Positions 1-9,146 of a stretch of 64,000 bases of DNA are shown here, piece by piece. Each line of letters starts with the position of its first letter. Within the stretch, counting starts at the first letter, position 1. Made by a program: the position numbers and the translations under genes. Source of the DNA: Fidelibacterota bacterium (GTDB lineage: Bacteria; Fidelibacterota; Marinisomatia; Marinisomatales; Marinisomataceae); the NCBI GenBank assembly GCA_965212055.1, contig OZ243041.1, positions 64,001 through 128,000 of the forward strand, given 5' to 3'. Below the pieces are notes generated by a model that was not told the origin of the DNA, searched no databases, and saw only the letters and a program-made list of their open reading frames with translations.

Positions 1-165
1 GGAGGAAAGATTACTGGATCAGGCGGCGGAGGGTGCATGTTTGCTTATGCCCCAAATCATCCAGAAAAAGTTGCTGAAGCCATCGAACAAGCAGGGGGGA
101 AGGCATTCATTGTTCATTCCGATGCCGGAACTCAATCGCTTGATCAAATGAATATTGCGAAATAA
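1..165 (+). CDS. GHMP kinase family protein (galactokinase/mevalonate kinase-like), C-terminal fragment
   Basis: Manual frame-1 translation GGKITGSGGGGCMFAYAPNHPEKVAEAIEQAGGKAFIVHSDAGTQSLDQMNIAK*; K-x-T-G-S-G-G-G-G-C is GHMP kinase motif III. The 5' part lies outside the window. Confidence 0.8.
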   Translation, partial: GGKITGSGGGGCMFAYAPNHPEKVAEAIEQAGGKAFIVHSDAGTQSLDQMNIAK

Positions 166-183
166 AATAATACAAAAAATCTG

Positions 184-212
184 TTGACATCCAAAAAAAC
201 TATAACCAATTT
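184..212 (+). promoter_or_regulatory. Putative sigma70-type promoter of the outer-membrane operon
   Basis: TTGACA (184-189), 17-bp spacer, CAATTT (207-212). The -10 is a weak match. Confidence 0.45.
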
Positions 213-225
213 ATGTTGATTTAGC

Positions 226-254
226 TTTTGAAGGGATACGGGTCCCTTGAAAGG
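226..254 (+). promoter_or_regulatory. GC-rich stem-loop in the 5' leader of the TonB-receptor operon
   Basis: CTTTTG-AAGGGAT-ACGG-GTCCCTT-GAAAGG inverted repeat in an otherwise AT-rich leader; no U-tract follows. Confidence 0.5.
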
Positions 255-364
255 CGTATATATTTTATTATATACATTAATATATATAAGGGTAAGAAAA
301 ATAATAAAATGAATAACAACAAATTAAAATTTGTTTATACAATTACTCATTTGGAGGTAGAATA

Positions 365-3300
365 ATGAGAAAACTACGTGTATTAATTGCACTGCTTGTT
401 CTTCCTACGCTCATCTTTGCACAATCAACAACTGCGAAATTGGCAGGGGTTGTAACCGACGCTGATGGTAATGCATTAGTCGGAGCAAACGTTGTAGTAG
501 AAGGAACAAACCTTGGTGCAGCTACCGATGAATTAGGTAGATATTATATTCTTGACGTTCCAGTAGGTAACTACACTATGCGTGCCGAGTATATCGGTTA
601 TAGCACAGTTGTAGAATCTGGCATAAGAACATCAGTTGGGTTTACGACTACAACTGACTTTGCGCTAGATGTGGCTGCTGTTGCAGGTCAAGAAGTAACA
701 GTAACAAGAGAACGACCATTAATCAATCCAAACGCTACAAACACAACTCGTATTGTTGATAAAGAGTTAATTGACGCGTTTGCTGTTAGAGGGGTATCCA
801 ATATTGTGAACCTTCAAACAGGTGTTGTTAATGGGTACTTCCGTGGAAGTAGAAGCGGCGACAGTCGTTACTATGTTGACGGCGTACCGGTTAAGGACGT
901 ATATGGTGGAGGAAACTTCATTAATGGTAATTCTCAAACCGCACTTCAGGAGGTTTCAGTACAAACTGGAGGTTTCTCTGCAGAATATGGTGGTGCCAAT
1001 GGTGGTATTGTTAACATTACTACTAAGACTGGTGGTACTCAGTGGAGATCTAAAGTAGAAGCAATTTCTTCTATGGGATCTGATGCAGGAACCGATCCTG
1101 ATGCATTATATTCAGACGGTTATCGTAATGTCAATTTTGACGTGGGTGGACCAATTGGTGAAAACGTAAAACTATACTTATCTGTTGAACAGCGTGAGTA
1201 CGGTGGAAGCGTTTCATGGGGTTCTTATCCACAAACAGATGCTACACCAATGACTGAAGTACCAGCTGATTACTATAGCGACGGTACTGACGGGTTAAGT
1301 TATAGCAACGATGCTAACGGTAACAAGATCTGGCACATTGAAGAAGTTATTAGAGACAACCAAACCGACCCTGCGCTATTAGCTGCAGGCGTTGCTGCTT
1401 ATGATACCACACATATCGTTTATAGTAACTATAGACGCATGTATGGTCAGCAACCACACGACAACACTGATCGTACTACCATTAATGGTAATATGACTAT
1501 GGATTTCGGTCCGTTGCGTATTAAGCTTGGTACTCAAGCATATGACTATTCAGGTAGAGGCTACAGTTTTGGTAGAACTCTAGGTGGATGGACAGATGCC
1601 GGTAGTTATAACGAATCAAATTTTGCAATGGGTTATGTAAATGCCCGCTATACCATTAGTCCTCTTTCTTATGTGAAAATTTCATTATCAAACCAAGACT
1701 ATGAAACCCTTTCTGGTAATGAAAACTATCTTCACGATATAGGAATGTATGGTAAGAGAACTAAAGCATTTGGTTCAACAAACTATTACTATCGTAGAGA
1801 CGGTTATGGTCCGATTTCTCCAGATGAGATTTTAGGAGCAACTGGGTATGGATCACAGTATACATACTACGGTAAAAGAAACACCACAACTAACACTGTA
1901 AGTTTTGACTATACTAACCAGCTTGGCTACAATGAGTTCAAGATGGGTGGTTCTATAGACAATACAGAAATTACACGATATAGTCTTAGTGCTGCTGGCG
2001 TAGCTAGAGCAATAGCTGACGTTGATGCAAACTATGATGGTGTTGCTACGAACGAAGAAATTATTGCTGCAGGAAGCGATCCTGCTGACTGGAGATTTAT
2101 TAACTATAGATCTTTATACGTAACAAATCTCGGTTATAATATTTATGGTGACGAATGGAACGGAACATATAATCAAGACGATCATATGCTTGCTCCAGCG
2201 GAACCAATTCAAACGCGTTTCTATGTTCAAGACAAACTTGAATTCAAAGATGTGGTTTTACAAATGGGTCTTTCCTTTGAAACTATTGATACTGGCGCAA
2301 TGGCTCCAGATTCAGATGGTGACGGAGATGGAGATTCAGATGGATTTAACCACCTATTCTTTAATAGACAGCGTGTAGACAGAAACGGTGACGGTAACGG
2401 TAACTACGTTTGGAAAAAGGTAGCAAAAGAAACTGCTGTTCACCCTAGAATTGGATTCTCATTCCCTGTATCTGATCGTACTGTTTTCCGTGCGAATTAT
2501 GGTACACACTGGCAATCAGTTCCGATGTCTTATTTATACTTATCAGATTCACAGCTATCAGCTGATATCTTAGCTGGTAACGCTACTGCATCTGAGAATC
2601 CTGCATTAAAACCTGAACGTTCTACTCAGTACGAAATTGGTATTGAACAACGTATAGGTTCTTTTGCCTCATTAAAGGTCGAGGGATTCTATAAAGAAAG
2701 TAAAGATTACTTGACGCTACAAAATCGTTTAGACGCATATACATCAACTTCTGGCGCAGGCGCTGAAACCCAACAAAATTGGGCACAGTACTTGAACGGA
2801 GACGTGATGGTTTCTCAAGGGTTAACTATGAACTTTGAGATGCGTAGAACAAAAGGTTTGTATGCGCAAGCAAATTATACATACTCAGAAGCTAGAGGTA
2901 CCGGTTCTTATGGAGGTCAAAACTTCTATATTACTTGGATTGGTACTGATGACGGATATCCAAAAGCCATGAATCTTTTGGATTATGACCAAACTCACAC
3001 AGCAAATGTTATTCTTGACTGGCGTTCACCAGATGCTACTGGTGTATTAGCCAATACAGGATTTAATGCTGTAATGAGTTATGGTAGTGGTACACGTTAT
3101 ACCCCTTCTCAAATTTATAGTACATTATTTGAGAATCGTTGGGAATTCCCAGAGGGTCCAGTGAATTCAGGTACAAAACCTACATACGTTAATATGGATC
3201 TTCGTTTAGATAGAGGGTTTAATATTGGTGGTGTTGACGCAAACTTCTTTGTTGCGATTTACAACGCTATGGATGCAGAACATCCAAATGACGTATATCA

Positions 3301-3484
3301 TGGTACTGGAAACGTTGCCGAAGATGGCTGGTTAGCTACTGAAAGTGGGCAAGCATGGATTGCCAACAGATTAGCTGCTAACCCTGACGTAGACGCAGAG
3401 TCACTTTATTATGATCTTCTTGGTTCGCCAGGTAGATGGGGTGCTCCACGTACTATTAGAGTCGGGTTAAACGTAAGTTTTTAA
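365..3484 (+). CDS. TonB-dependent receptor-like outer-membrane barrel with N-terminal carboxypeptidase-regulatory-like domain
   Basis: Signal peptide; GxVTD..GNALVGANVVVEGT..GAATD..G.Y.I N-terminal extension; plug motifs FRGSR..YYVDGVPV and TGGFSAEYGGANGGIVNITTKTG; LKPERSTQYEIG; C-terminal beta-signal PRTIRVGLNVSF; SD GGAGG at 353-357. Confidence 0.9.
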   Translation: MRKLRVLIALLVLPTLIFAQSTTAKLAGVVTDADGNALVGANVVVEGTNLGAATDELGRYYILDVPVGNYTMRAEYIGYSTVVESGIRTSVGFTTTTDFALDVAAVAGQEVTVTRERPLINPNATNTTRIVDKELIDAFAVRGVSNIVNLQTGVVNGYFRGSRSGDSRYYVDGVPVKDVYGGGNFINGNSQTALQEVSVQTGGFSAEYGGANGGIVNITTKTGGTQWRSKVEAISSMGSDAGTDPDALYSDGYRNVNFDVGGPIGENVKLYLSVEQREYGGSVSWGSYPQTDATPMTEVPADYYSDGTDGLSYSNDANGNKIWHIEEVIRDNQTDPALLAAGVAAYDTTHIVYSNYRRMYGQQPHDNTDRTTINGNMTMDFGPLRIKLGTQAYDYSGRGYSFGRTLGGWTDAGSYNESNFAMGYVNARYTISPLSYVKISLSNQDYETLSGNENYLHDIGMYGKRTKAFGSTNYYYRRDGYGPISPDEILGATGYGSQYTYYGKRNTTTNTVSFDYTNQLGYNEFKMGGSIDNTEITRYSLSAAGVARAIADVDANYDGVATNEEIIAAGSDPADWRFINYRSLYVTNLGYNIYGDEWNGTYNQDDHMLAPAEPIQTRFYVQDKLEFKDVVLQMGLSFETIDTGAMAPDSDGDGDGDSDGFNHLFFNRQRVDRNGDGNGNYVWKKVAKETAVHPRIGFSFPVSDRTVFRANYGTHWQSVPMSYLYLSDSQLSADILAGNATASENPALKPERSTQYEIGIEQRIGSFASLKVEGFYKESKDYLTLQNRLDAYTSTSGAGAETQQNWAQYLNGDVMVSQGLTMNFEMRRTKGLYAQANYTYSEARGTGSYGGQNFYITWIGTDDGYPKAMNLLDYDQTHTANVILDWRSPDATGVLANTGFNAVMSYGSGTRYTPSQIYSTLFENRWEFPEGPVNSGTKPTYVNMDLRLDRGFNIGGVDANFFVAIYNAMDAEHPNDVYHGTGNVAEDGWLATESGQAWIANRLAANPDVDAESLYYDLLGSPGRWGAPRTIRVGLNVSF

Positions 3485-3511
3485 TTTAAATAATAAGGTA
3501 AAGAGGTAAAT

Positions 3512-6500
3512 ATGAAAGTGTTAAGGAATATTACCGTTTTCGGTTTGATGGCTTTGCTGATGGTGTCTTCTGTGGAAGCAAAAGACAAGGTCGCAAGTAG
3601 ATCAGGAGGTTCATCAAACTATGTTGATTCCAGCGGTACATTCGACGGAAACCAAATATATGCCGACGTTACTAATAACGGTCTTTTCTTGGATTACCAT
3701 ATTTCTGGTGATTCAGCGATGGAATGGCCTAAAGGTACCGGCGTACACTCTATCTTCCAATCAGCATTATGGTTGGGCGCTACAGTGAATGGTGAAACTC
3801 GAGTATCCATTGGAGATTATACACAAGATATGGGTCCAGGTCCATGGGGTGGTGATCCGCTATCAAGCGTACACCGAATCTATAAAATAGAAAAAGGCAT
3901 GTTAGCCTCCCCAGGAGACTTTGCTGACTTCCAAGAATGGCCAGTTGATTTTGGCGCACCTTGGGTGGACGTTGATGGTGATGGAGTTTATACTCCAATG
4001 CCAGGCGGTACTGACCATCCAGAGTTCGTTGGAGACCAGGTCCTTTGGTTTGTTAGTAATGATGGAGACCCAGCATATAAGTTAAATATGGGTACATCAC
4101 CACTGGACGTTGAAGTTCAAACTACTATGTTTGGTTTCGACAGACCAGACGTATTTGGTGACATGGTCTTCCTAAAACAACTTGTAATCAATCAAGGTTC
4201 TAATGATTTAACCGAAATGTACATGGGTCTATGGTCTGATCCTGATCTAGGGTACGCCGGTGATGACTTTGTTGGTTGTAACGTTCCTTTAGGGGTAGGC
4301 TATGTTTGGAATGATGGAGACGACTCTCAGTATACAACTTTGTCCGTTGGAACTCCTGCTGCAGGATATGACTTCTTCCAAGGGCCTATGGTTGATTGTG
4401 ATGCTGGCGAGGATTGTTCAGTTGGTGCTAAAATGTTTGGTACTAACCATCCAGGAAAGAAAAATCTTTCTATGTCATCTTTCGCATTCTACATCAATGG
4501 TGACCCAACATATACTGACCCTTCAGATGAAATTGAAGGATATTATTATATGCAAGGTTTAAGAAAAGATGGAAGTGTTTATCCAAACGCAATTGCTGGT
4601 GACGATTATAACCAGAAATTCTGTTTCTATGGCGACCCTGCGGTTGCGCATAGTACAGCCAATCCAGTTGATGGTAATTATACCCCATCAGCGGATAGAC
4701 GTTTCTTGATGAACGTAGGACCATTTACTATGGCTCCTGGCGATTCACAAGAAGTGGTGTTTGGTATCTTCCACGCTGCAGGTGGCGGTGCATTAGCTTC
4801 AGTAGCTTATTTAATGGAAGTTGACGCGTTGGCACAAACAGCATATGATATTGACTTTGCATTACCTGATTCCCCTCCTGCACCAAGTGTACAGGCAACT
4901 GCGTTAGCAGACCAAGTAATACTTGTTTGGGGTGCGGAACCAGAATCATACAACGTTACAAGTGAAGTAGATGTTGACGCTGCTGGTAACCCAACAAACT
5001 TCGTGTTTGAAGGATACAATGTATACCAAGCTGAAACAAACTCTGGTGCTGGTGATCGTAAGAGACTAGCAACATATGACCTTGTTAACGGTGTTACTGA
5101 AATTTATGATAACGTCTTTAATGCAGAATTGGGAGAAACTATCAATATTAGAACTCAATTTGGTTCTGATAGCGGTCTAGAACACTACCATTCTATCACT
5201 GGAGACGGATTGAATAATAATTCAAAACTTATTACCAACCGTGAGTATTATTTTGCAGTAACTGCATATGGATATAATGCTGACGGTATTCCAAAAACAC
5301 TAGAAAGTAGCGCTACTTATCTTTCTGTAAGACCTGAAGTACCAAATACGTACTCATCAGGTGAGAACACTGCTTCTGCTGGAGATATGTTTGTTGCAGA
5401 TCACACTGGCCCTTCTCAGGGTTCAGTGGATGTTGTAATTATTAATCCAGCCGATCTTACAGGAGATAGCTATACACTGTCAATGGATGACGCAATGCCA
5501 GACGGAACAGTAGCTGTGAACTGGACAATTACTAATGATAATACTGGTGATGTATTAGTTGCTAACAACCCTGTGGTTGGTGGTGTTAATACTGCTACTG
5601 GAGTTGTTGTTGGTCCAGGTGGAACTCCGGTTGTAGAAGGGTTCCAAGTGTTAGTGAACGGTCCACAAGAAGACTTGCTATCAGTAAGTGAGTGGGATCA
5701 TGGATGGAAAGAAAATGGTGTATTGAGAGACCCTGCGGTTTCTTATGTACCATGGGCAAGTTTAGGACGTACAGGCTATATTATTGAAAATAGAGCTGGT
5801 GTCCACTACGCTGCCCCTTATGCCCGTGATTTTGACCGATTCAATTATTGGGAATCTGATGATATAGAGCTAGACTTTAACACCCAAGCGCTCGCATGGG
5901 ATTATCTTTACGAGAACGTAAGTGGTTATGTAGAGTTTAGCGCATTCAGACACAATTTTGCTACTGGGCAAAAAGAACCACTATTTGCTGGATACTGGGA
6001 TCGTGATTTTAGTTACACCCACAATATTTCTGGCTACACTGGTGGTTATGCTTGGGCAGGACCGATTTACGGTGCGCCTGCTTGGGAACCAATTTACTGT
6101 TTTGTTTCCTCAACAGGTACTGCTGCTACATGGTATGATCCTGCTAATGATGCACAATATATTGCTGATAATGATTTAACTACTTCAGGCGGTATTGGAT
6201 GGGCATCAGGCGGTCATTCAAACACAACAACAAGTGGAGCAGCAATTACATATCCATATATGACAGCAACTTTATTCTGTGACTATCTAGGATCAGGCGT
6301 ATTACCAACCGAAGCAGGATTTGCTGCTTGGGGCGGTTTTACAACTGCTAGTTCTGTTGTATGGGAAATGAGCAAACCAAACTCATCTGCAGATACTTTT
6401 AACTTTACTACAGATGGACTAGGTGTTGTAGCCAATGCATATGACCCAGAACGTATTAAGGTATGGCCAAATCCATACTATGGGTACAATCCAGAAGAAC

Positions 6501-6766
6501 GTGATGCATTAGATCGTAGGGTGATGTTTACTCATCTACCTGAAGAAGGACCTTCGACTATTCGTATCTTTGCTTTAGATGGTACTTTAGTTAGAATTTT
6601 ACACCACAATGATGCCGGTAGTCAACACGCAACATGGGATATGAAGAACGACTTCGAACTTCCTGTTGCAAGTGGCATGTATGTGGCACACATAGAGACT
6701 AACTTCGGAGATAAAATCCTGAAGTTAGCTGTAATTCAACCAGAACAACGTCTCGACGTTTATTAA
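3512..6766 (+). CDS. Large exported protein with FN3-like domain and T9SS type-A/FlgD-Ig-like C-terminal domain
   Basis: Signal peptide ending VEA; FN3-like PPAPSV..VILVW..FEGYNVYQ..YYFAVTAY; C-terminus IKVWPNPY..TIRIFALDGTLVRIL..WDMKND..VASGMYVAHIET..KILKLAVI resembles Por secretion tail/FlgD-Ig domains; SD GAGG. Confidence 0.8.
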   Translation: MKVLRNITVFGLMALLMVSSVEAKDKVASRSGGSSNYVDSSGTFDGNQIYADVTNNGLFLDYHISGDSAMEWPKGTGVHSIFQSALWLGATVNGETRVSIGDYTQDMGPGPWGGDPLSSVHRIYKIEKGMLASPGDFADFQEWPVDFGAPWVDVDGDGVYTPMPGGTDHPEFVGDQVLWFVSNDGDPAYKLNMGTSPLDVEVQTTMFGFDRPDVFGDMVFLKQLVINQGSNDLTEMYMGLWSDPDLGYAGDDFVGCNVPLGVGYVWNDGDDSQYTTLSVGTPAAGYDFFQGPMVDCDAGEDCSVGAKMFGTNHPGKKNLSMSSFAFYINGDPTYTDPSDEIEGYYYMQGLRKDGSVYPNAIAGDDYNQKFCFYGDPAVAHSTANPVDGNYTPSADRRFLMNVGPFTMAPGDSQEVVFGIFHAAGGGALASVAYLMEVDALAQTAYDIDFALPDSPPAPSVQATALADQVILVWGAEPESYNVTSEVDVDAAGNPTNFVFEGYNVYQAETNSGAGDRKRLATYDLVNGVTEIYDNVFNAELGETINIRTQFGSDSGLEHYHSITGDGLNNNSKLITNREYYFAVTAYGYNADGIPKTLESSATYLSVRPEVPNTYSSGENTASAGDMFVADHTGPSQGSVDVVIINPADLTGDSYTLSMDDAMPDGTVAVNWTITNDNTGDVLVANNPVVGGVNTATGVVVGPGGTPVVEGFQVLVNGPQEDLLSVSEWDHGWKENGVLRDPAVSYVPWASLGRTGYIIENRAGVHYAAPYARDFDRFNYWESDDIELDFNTQALAWDYLYENVSGYVEFSAFRHNFATGQKEPLFAGYWDRDFSYTHNISGYTGGYAWAGPIYGAPAWEPIYCFVSSTGTAATWYDPANDAQYIADNDLTTSGGIGWASGGHSNTTTSGAAITYPYMTATLFCDYLGSGVLPTEAGFAAWGGFTTASSVVWEMSKPNSSADTFNFTTDGLGVVANAYDPERIKVWPNPYYGYNPEERDALDRRVMFTHLPEEGPSTIRIFALDGTLVRILHHNDAGSQHATWDMKNDFELPVASGMYVAHIETNFGDKILKLAVIQPEQRLDVY

Positions 6767-6785
6767 GGAAAGGGAGTAGAAAAAA

Positions 6786-7835
6786 ATGAAAAATACATTT
6801 AAAATATTCCTTGGATGCGCAGTGTTGGCTTCGTCGCTAACTGCGGGCACAGTAAGATCGCAAGGTACTGCTGGTGCTGCTCAGCTGTTGATTCCGGTCG
6901 GGGCTGAAACGATTGCTCTTAGTGGAGCAAACGTAGCTACAGTGGCTGGCGTAGATGCGTTACATTCTAATGTAGCGGGTCTTGCACACCACGCCTCTGG
7001 TTTTCAAGGAACTGTTTCAACCATGACTTATATTGCTGACATTAATGTTACGCATGCTGGCATGGTTGTGAGTATGGGAGAATCTGGTACATTTGGAATG
7101 ACAATCAAAGCATTAGACTTTGGCGAAATTCCAAAAACCACTGCTATTGCACCTGAGGGTGACGGGCAGACTTTCTCCCCAAGCTTCTTCACTGCAACCG
7201 CAGGATTTGCGAGAGCATTTTCTGATCGTGTTAATGTTGGTGTTGCTGTAAAGGTTATTTCAGAAACAATTGAAGAAACCTCTGCAACAGGCGCCGCATT
7301 TGATGTGGGTGTTCAATATAAATTCCCAGATCTACCATTAACATTCGGTGTTGCAATGAAGAATGTTGGTAGCAGAATGCATTATGATGGTATTAATCTA
7401 GATCAGAACCTTCAACCTGAAGGCGCTGCTTCTGGAGCATCAAATGAAACATTCAGAGTAGTAGCAGATAATTTTGCACTTCCAACTAGTTTGGATATAT
7501 CCGCTAGCTATCAACTGCTTAACAATTTAGACGTGAGTGCTAATTTCACTAACCATTCTTACCAAACCAACACATTGGGCATTGGTGCTAGATATAGCAT
7601 GGGCTCAGCATGGGTTGGTGCAGGAACTGTCATGACTTTAGGTGATGACGAACAACCTGCAGATGTATCTGATGCAGATTGGGAAGAAATGAGTGGCACC
7701 CTTTGGGGAATGTCAGTAGGTGCGGGTGTAGTTGTACCTGTTGGTGATTACGATATGCATATTTCATATGCTATGAGATCAGCAAACGAATACTTTGATG
7801 ATCACAGTGTTATTCAGGTCTCTTTAGATTTTTAA
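6786..7835 (+). CDS. PorV/PorQ (UPF0164)-family outer-membrane beta-barrel
   Basis: N-terminal LLIPVGAETIALSGA..A...VDALHSNVAGLA matches the PorV-type L.I.VGAR..AMG.A......NPAGL signature; alternating beta-strands; terminal Phe (QVSLDF); SD AAGGGAG. Confidence 0.8.
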   Translation: MKNTFKIFLGCAVLASSLTAGTVRSQGTAGAAQLLIPVGAETIALSGANVATVAGVDALHSNVAGLAHHASGFQGTVSTMTYIADINVTHAGMVVSMGESGTFGMTIKALDFGEIPKTTAIAPEGDGQTFSPSFFTATAGFARAFSDRVNVGVAVKVISETIEETSATGAAFDVGVQYKFPDLPLTFGVAMKNVGSRMHYDGINLDQNLQPEGAASGASNETFRVVADNFALPTSLDISASYQLLNNLDVSANFTNHSYQTNTLGIGARYSMGSAWVGAGTVMTLGDDEQPADVSDADWEEMSGTLWGMSVGAGVVVPVGDYDMHISYAMRSANEYFDDHSVIQVSLDF

Positions 7836-7859
7836 ACAGTTCTAGTTTAAGATTCTAAG

Positions 7860-7887
7860 AAAAGGGGCTCGTAAAGAGCCCCTTTTT
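7860..7887. terminator. Bidirectional intrinsic terminator
   Basis: AAAAGGGGCTC-GTAAA-GAGCCCCTTTTT between convergent genes. Confidence 0.85.
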
Positions 7888-8605
7888 ATTTATCAAACAA
7901 TAAATCAATATTGTCTTTTAATATTTCTGGTGGGATGTTTTGTCCTAAAAAATACTTTCCTGTCGCATTTTCAAAATGTATTTCCCAATGGAGGTGTGCT
8001 CCTCTATCGTTTCTTAGTGCTCCGCTTGAAGTTCCTGTATTGCCCGCCAATCCAATTACCTGCCCTTTGTTGACTTGGGTACCAGGGAGAACTCCTTCAG
8101 CAATAGCTGATAGGTGAGCATACACGCTAATCGTTCTAAAATTTGGAACAATGGTGTATCCATGATCAATAATAACAGACTTTCCAAGGAGTATATAATT
8201 ATAGATATCATCAGGGGTTTTTGATAATAACTGTGTTGTTTCTAAAAACGCCTTATATGTCTCAATATCAACATCGCTATGGGTTGGATTGCTACGTACC
8301 ACAATACCGCCAGAAACGGCCATAATGGGCGTATTTAGGGGCGTTGGGAAGTCAACACCTTCATGAATCCCTGCTCTATACTCTCGTAATGCATTTGGGA
8401 GCAAATTGGAGTATTCAGGGACAGAATAATTTTGAGATGGAAGCTGTATGGTTTGTAGTAAATCATTTGTGTGTAGATTGACATTTTCATCTATATAAAA
8501 TAAGAATCCATTTTTAGGAATACTAATTTCTGGTGCAATGGATGCTGTTGGTGCAGCACACGCATTTAAAACAATTATTATTGCTATATATAAACTGCTA
8601 CGCAC
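7886..8605 (-). CDS. M23 family metallopeptidase, lipoprotein
   Basis: Lipobox LNAC; HEGVD, YAHL, GNTG and HLHWE motifs. Confidence 0.88.
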   Translation of the reverse strand: MRSSLYIAIIIVLNACAAPTASIAPEISIPKNGFLFYIDENVNLHTNDLLQTIQLPSQNYSVPEYSNLLPNALREYRAGIHEGVDFPTPLNTPIMAVSGGIVVRSNPTHSDVDIETYKAFLETTQLLSKTPDDIYNYILLGKSVIIDHGYTIVPNFRTISVYAHLSAIAEGVLPGTQVNKGQVIGLAGNTGTSSGALRNDRGAHLHWEIHFENATGKYFLGQNIPPEILKDNIDLLFDK

Positions 8606-9143
8606 TATTAGTTACCACATATTCTATACCGTTATACATTATACTAATTTTAATGATAGTCTTTTTTTCTTTATTAGTCCAAACCTTTATTACTGAACTA
8701 TCCAAAAGAACTTTATTTAATATATCGAGATCTTTTGTGACAGTATTGTTTGATTTTTTTATATCCAATCTATATAAAACCATATCAATTGTATTAATTG
8801 TCTCTGTGTCTGCTTCTAAAAATCGTATTTCGCACAAAAGATCATCTAATAACTCTATATCTTTTTCCCATTTTGTATCCTGAATTTCTATTGGTTCTCC
8901 TGATAATAGCAAAAGTATAAGATTTTTTTCACCAAAATTATTTTTATCATATTTTAATGTTTCAAAGAACGTTTCTCCTGTACCGATGGGCGTAAAGAGT
9001 ATTTTTTCTTCAATAGTTATTTTACAGAAATTTATTTTTCCATACAAAGACACGTTATGCTCAGAACTGGTTTGTGAAAGAATGCTAGATTGGGCAAAAA
9101 AAGCAATTAACAGAGCAAATACTATATTTCTATATTTTTTCAA
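8598..9143 (-). CDS. Hypothetical exported protein
   Basis: 181-aa ORF (TTG start) with signal-peptide-like N-terminus, tightly packed between mgtE and the M23 gene. Confidence 0.65.
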   Translation of the reverse strand: MKKYRNIVFALLIAFFAQSSILSQTSSEHNVSLYGKINFCKITIEEKILFTPIGTGETFFETLKYDKNNFGEKNLILLLLSGEPIEIQDTKWEKDIELLDDLLCEIRFLEADTETINTIDMVLYRLDIKKSNNTVTKDLDILNKVLLDSSVIKVWTNKEKKTIIKISIMYNGIEYVVTNSA

Positions 9144-9146
9144 ATC

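Noticed and set aside
166..364. Cobalamin or TPP riboswitch upstream of the first TonB receptor
   Set aside because: No recognisable B12-box or TPP core (CTGAGA) consensus; only simple hairpins.
365..7835. Higher-GC block as a horizontally acquired island
   Set aside because: No integrase, att site or flanking repeats. The same codon bias appears in the second receptor gene, which fits amino acid composition and high expression better.
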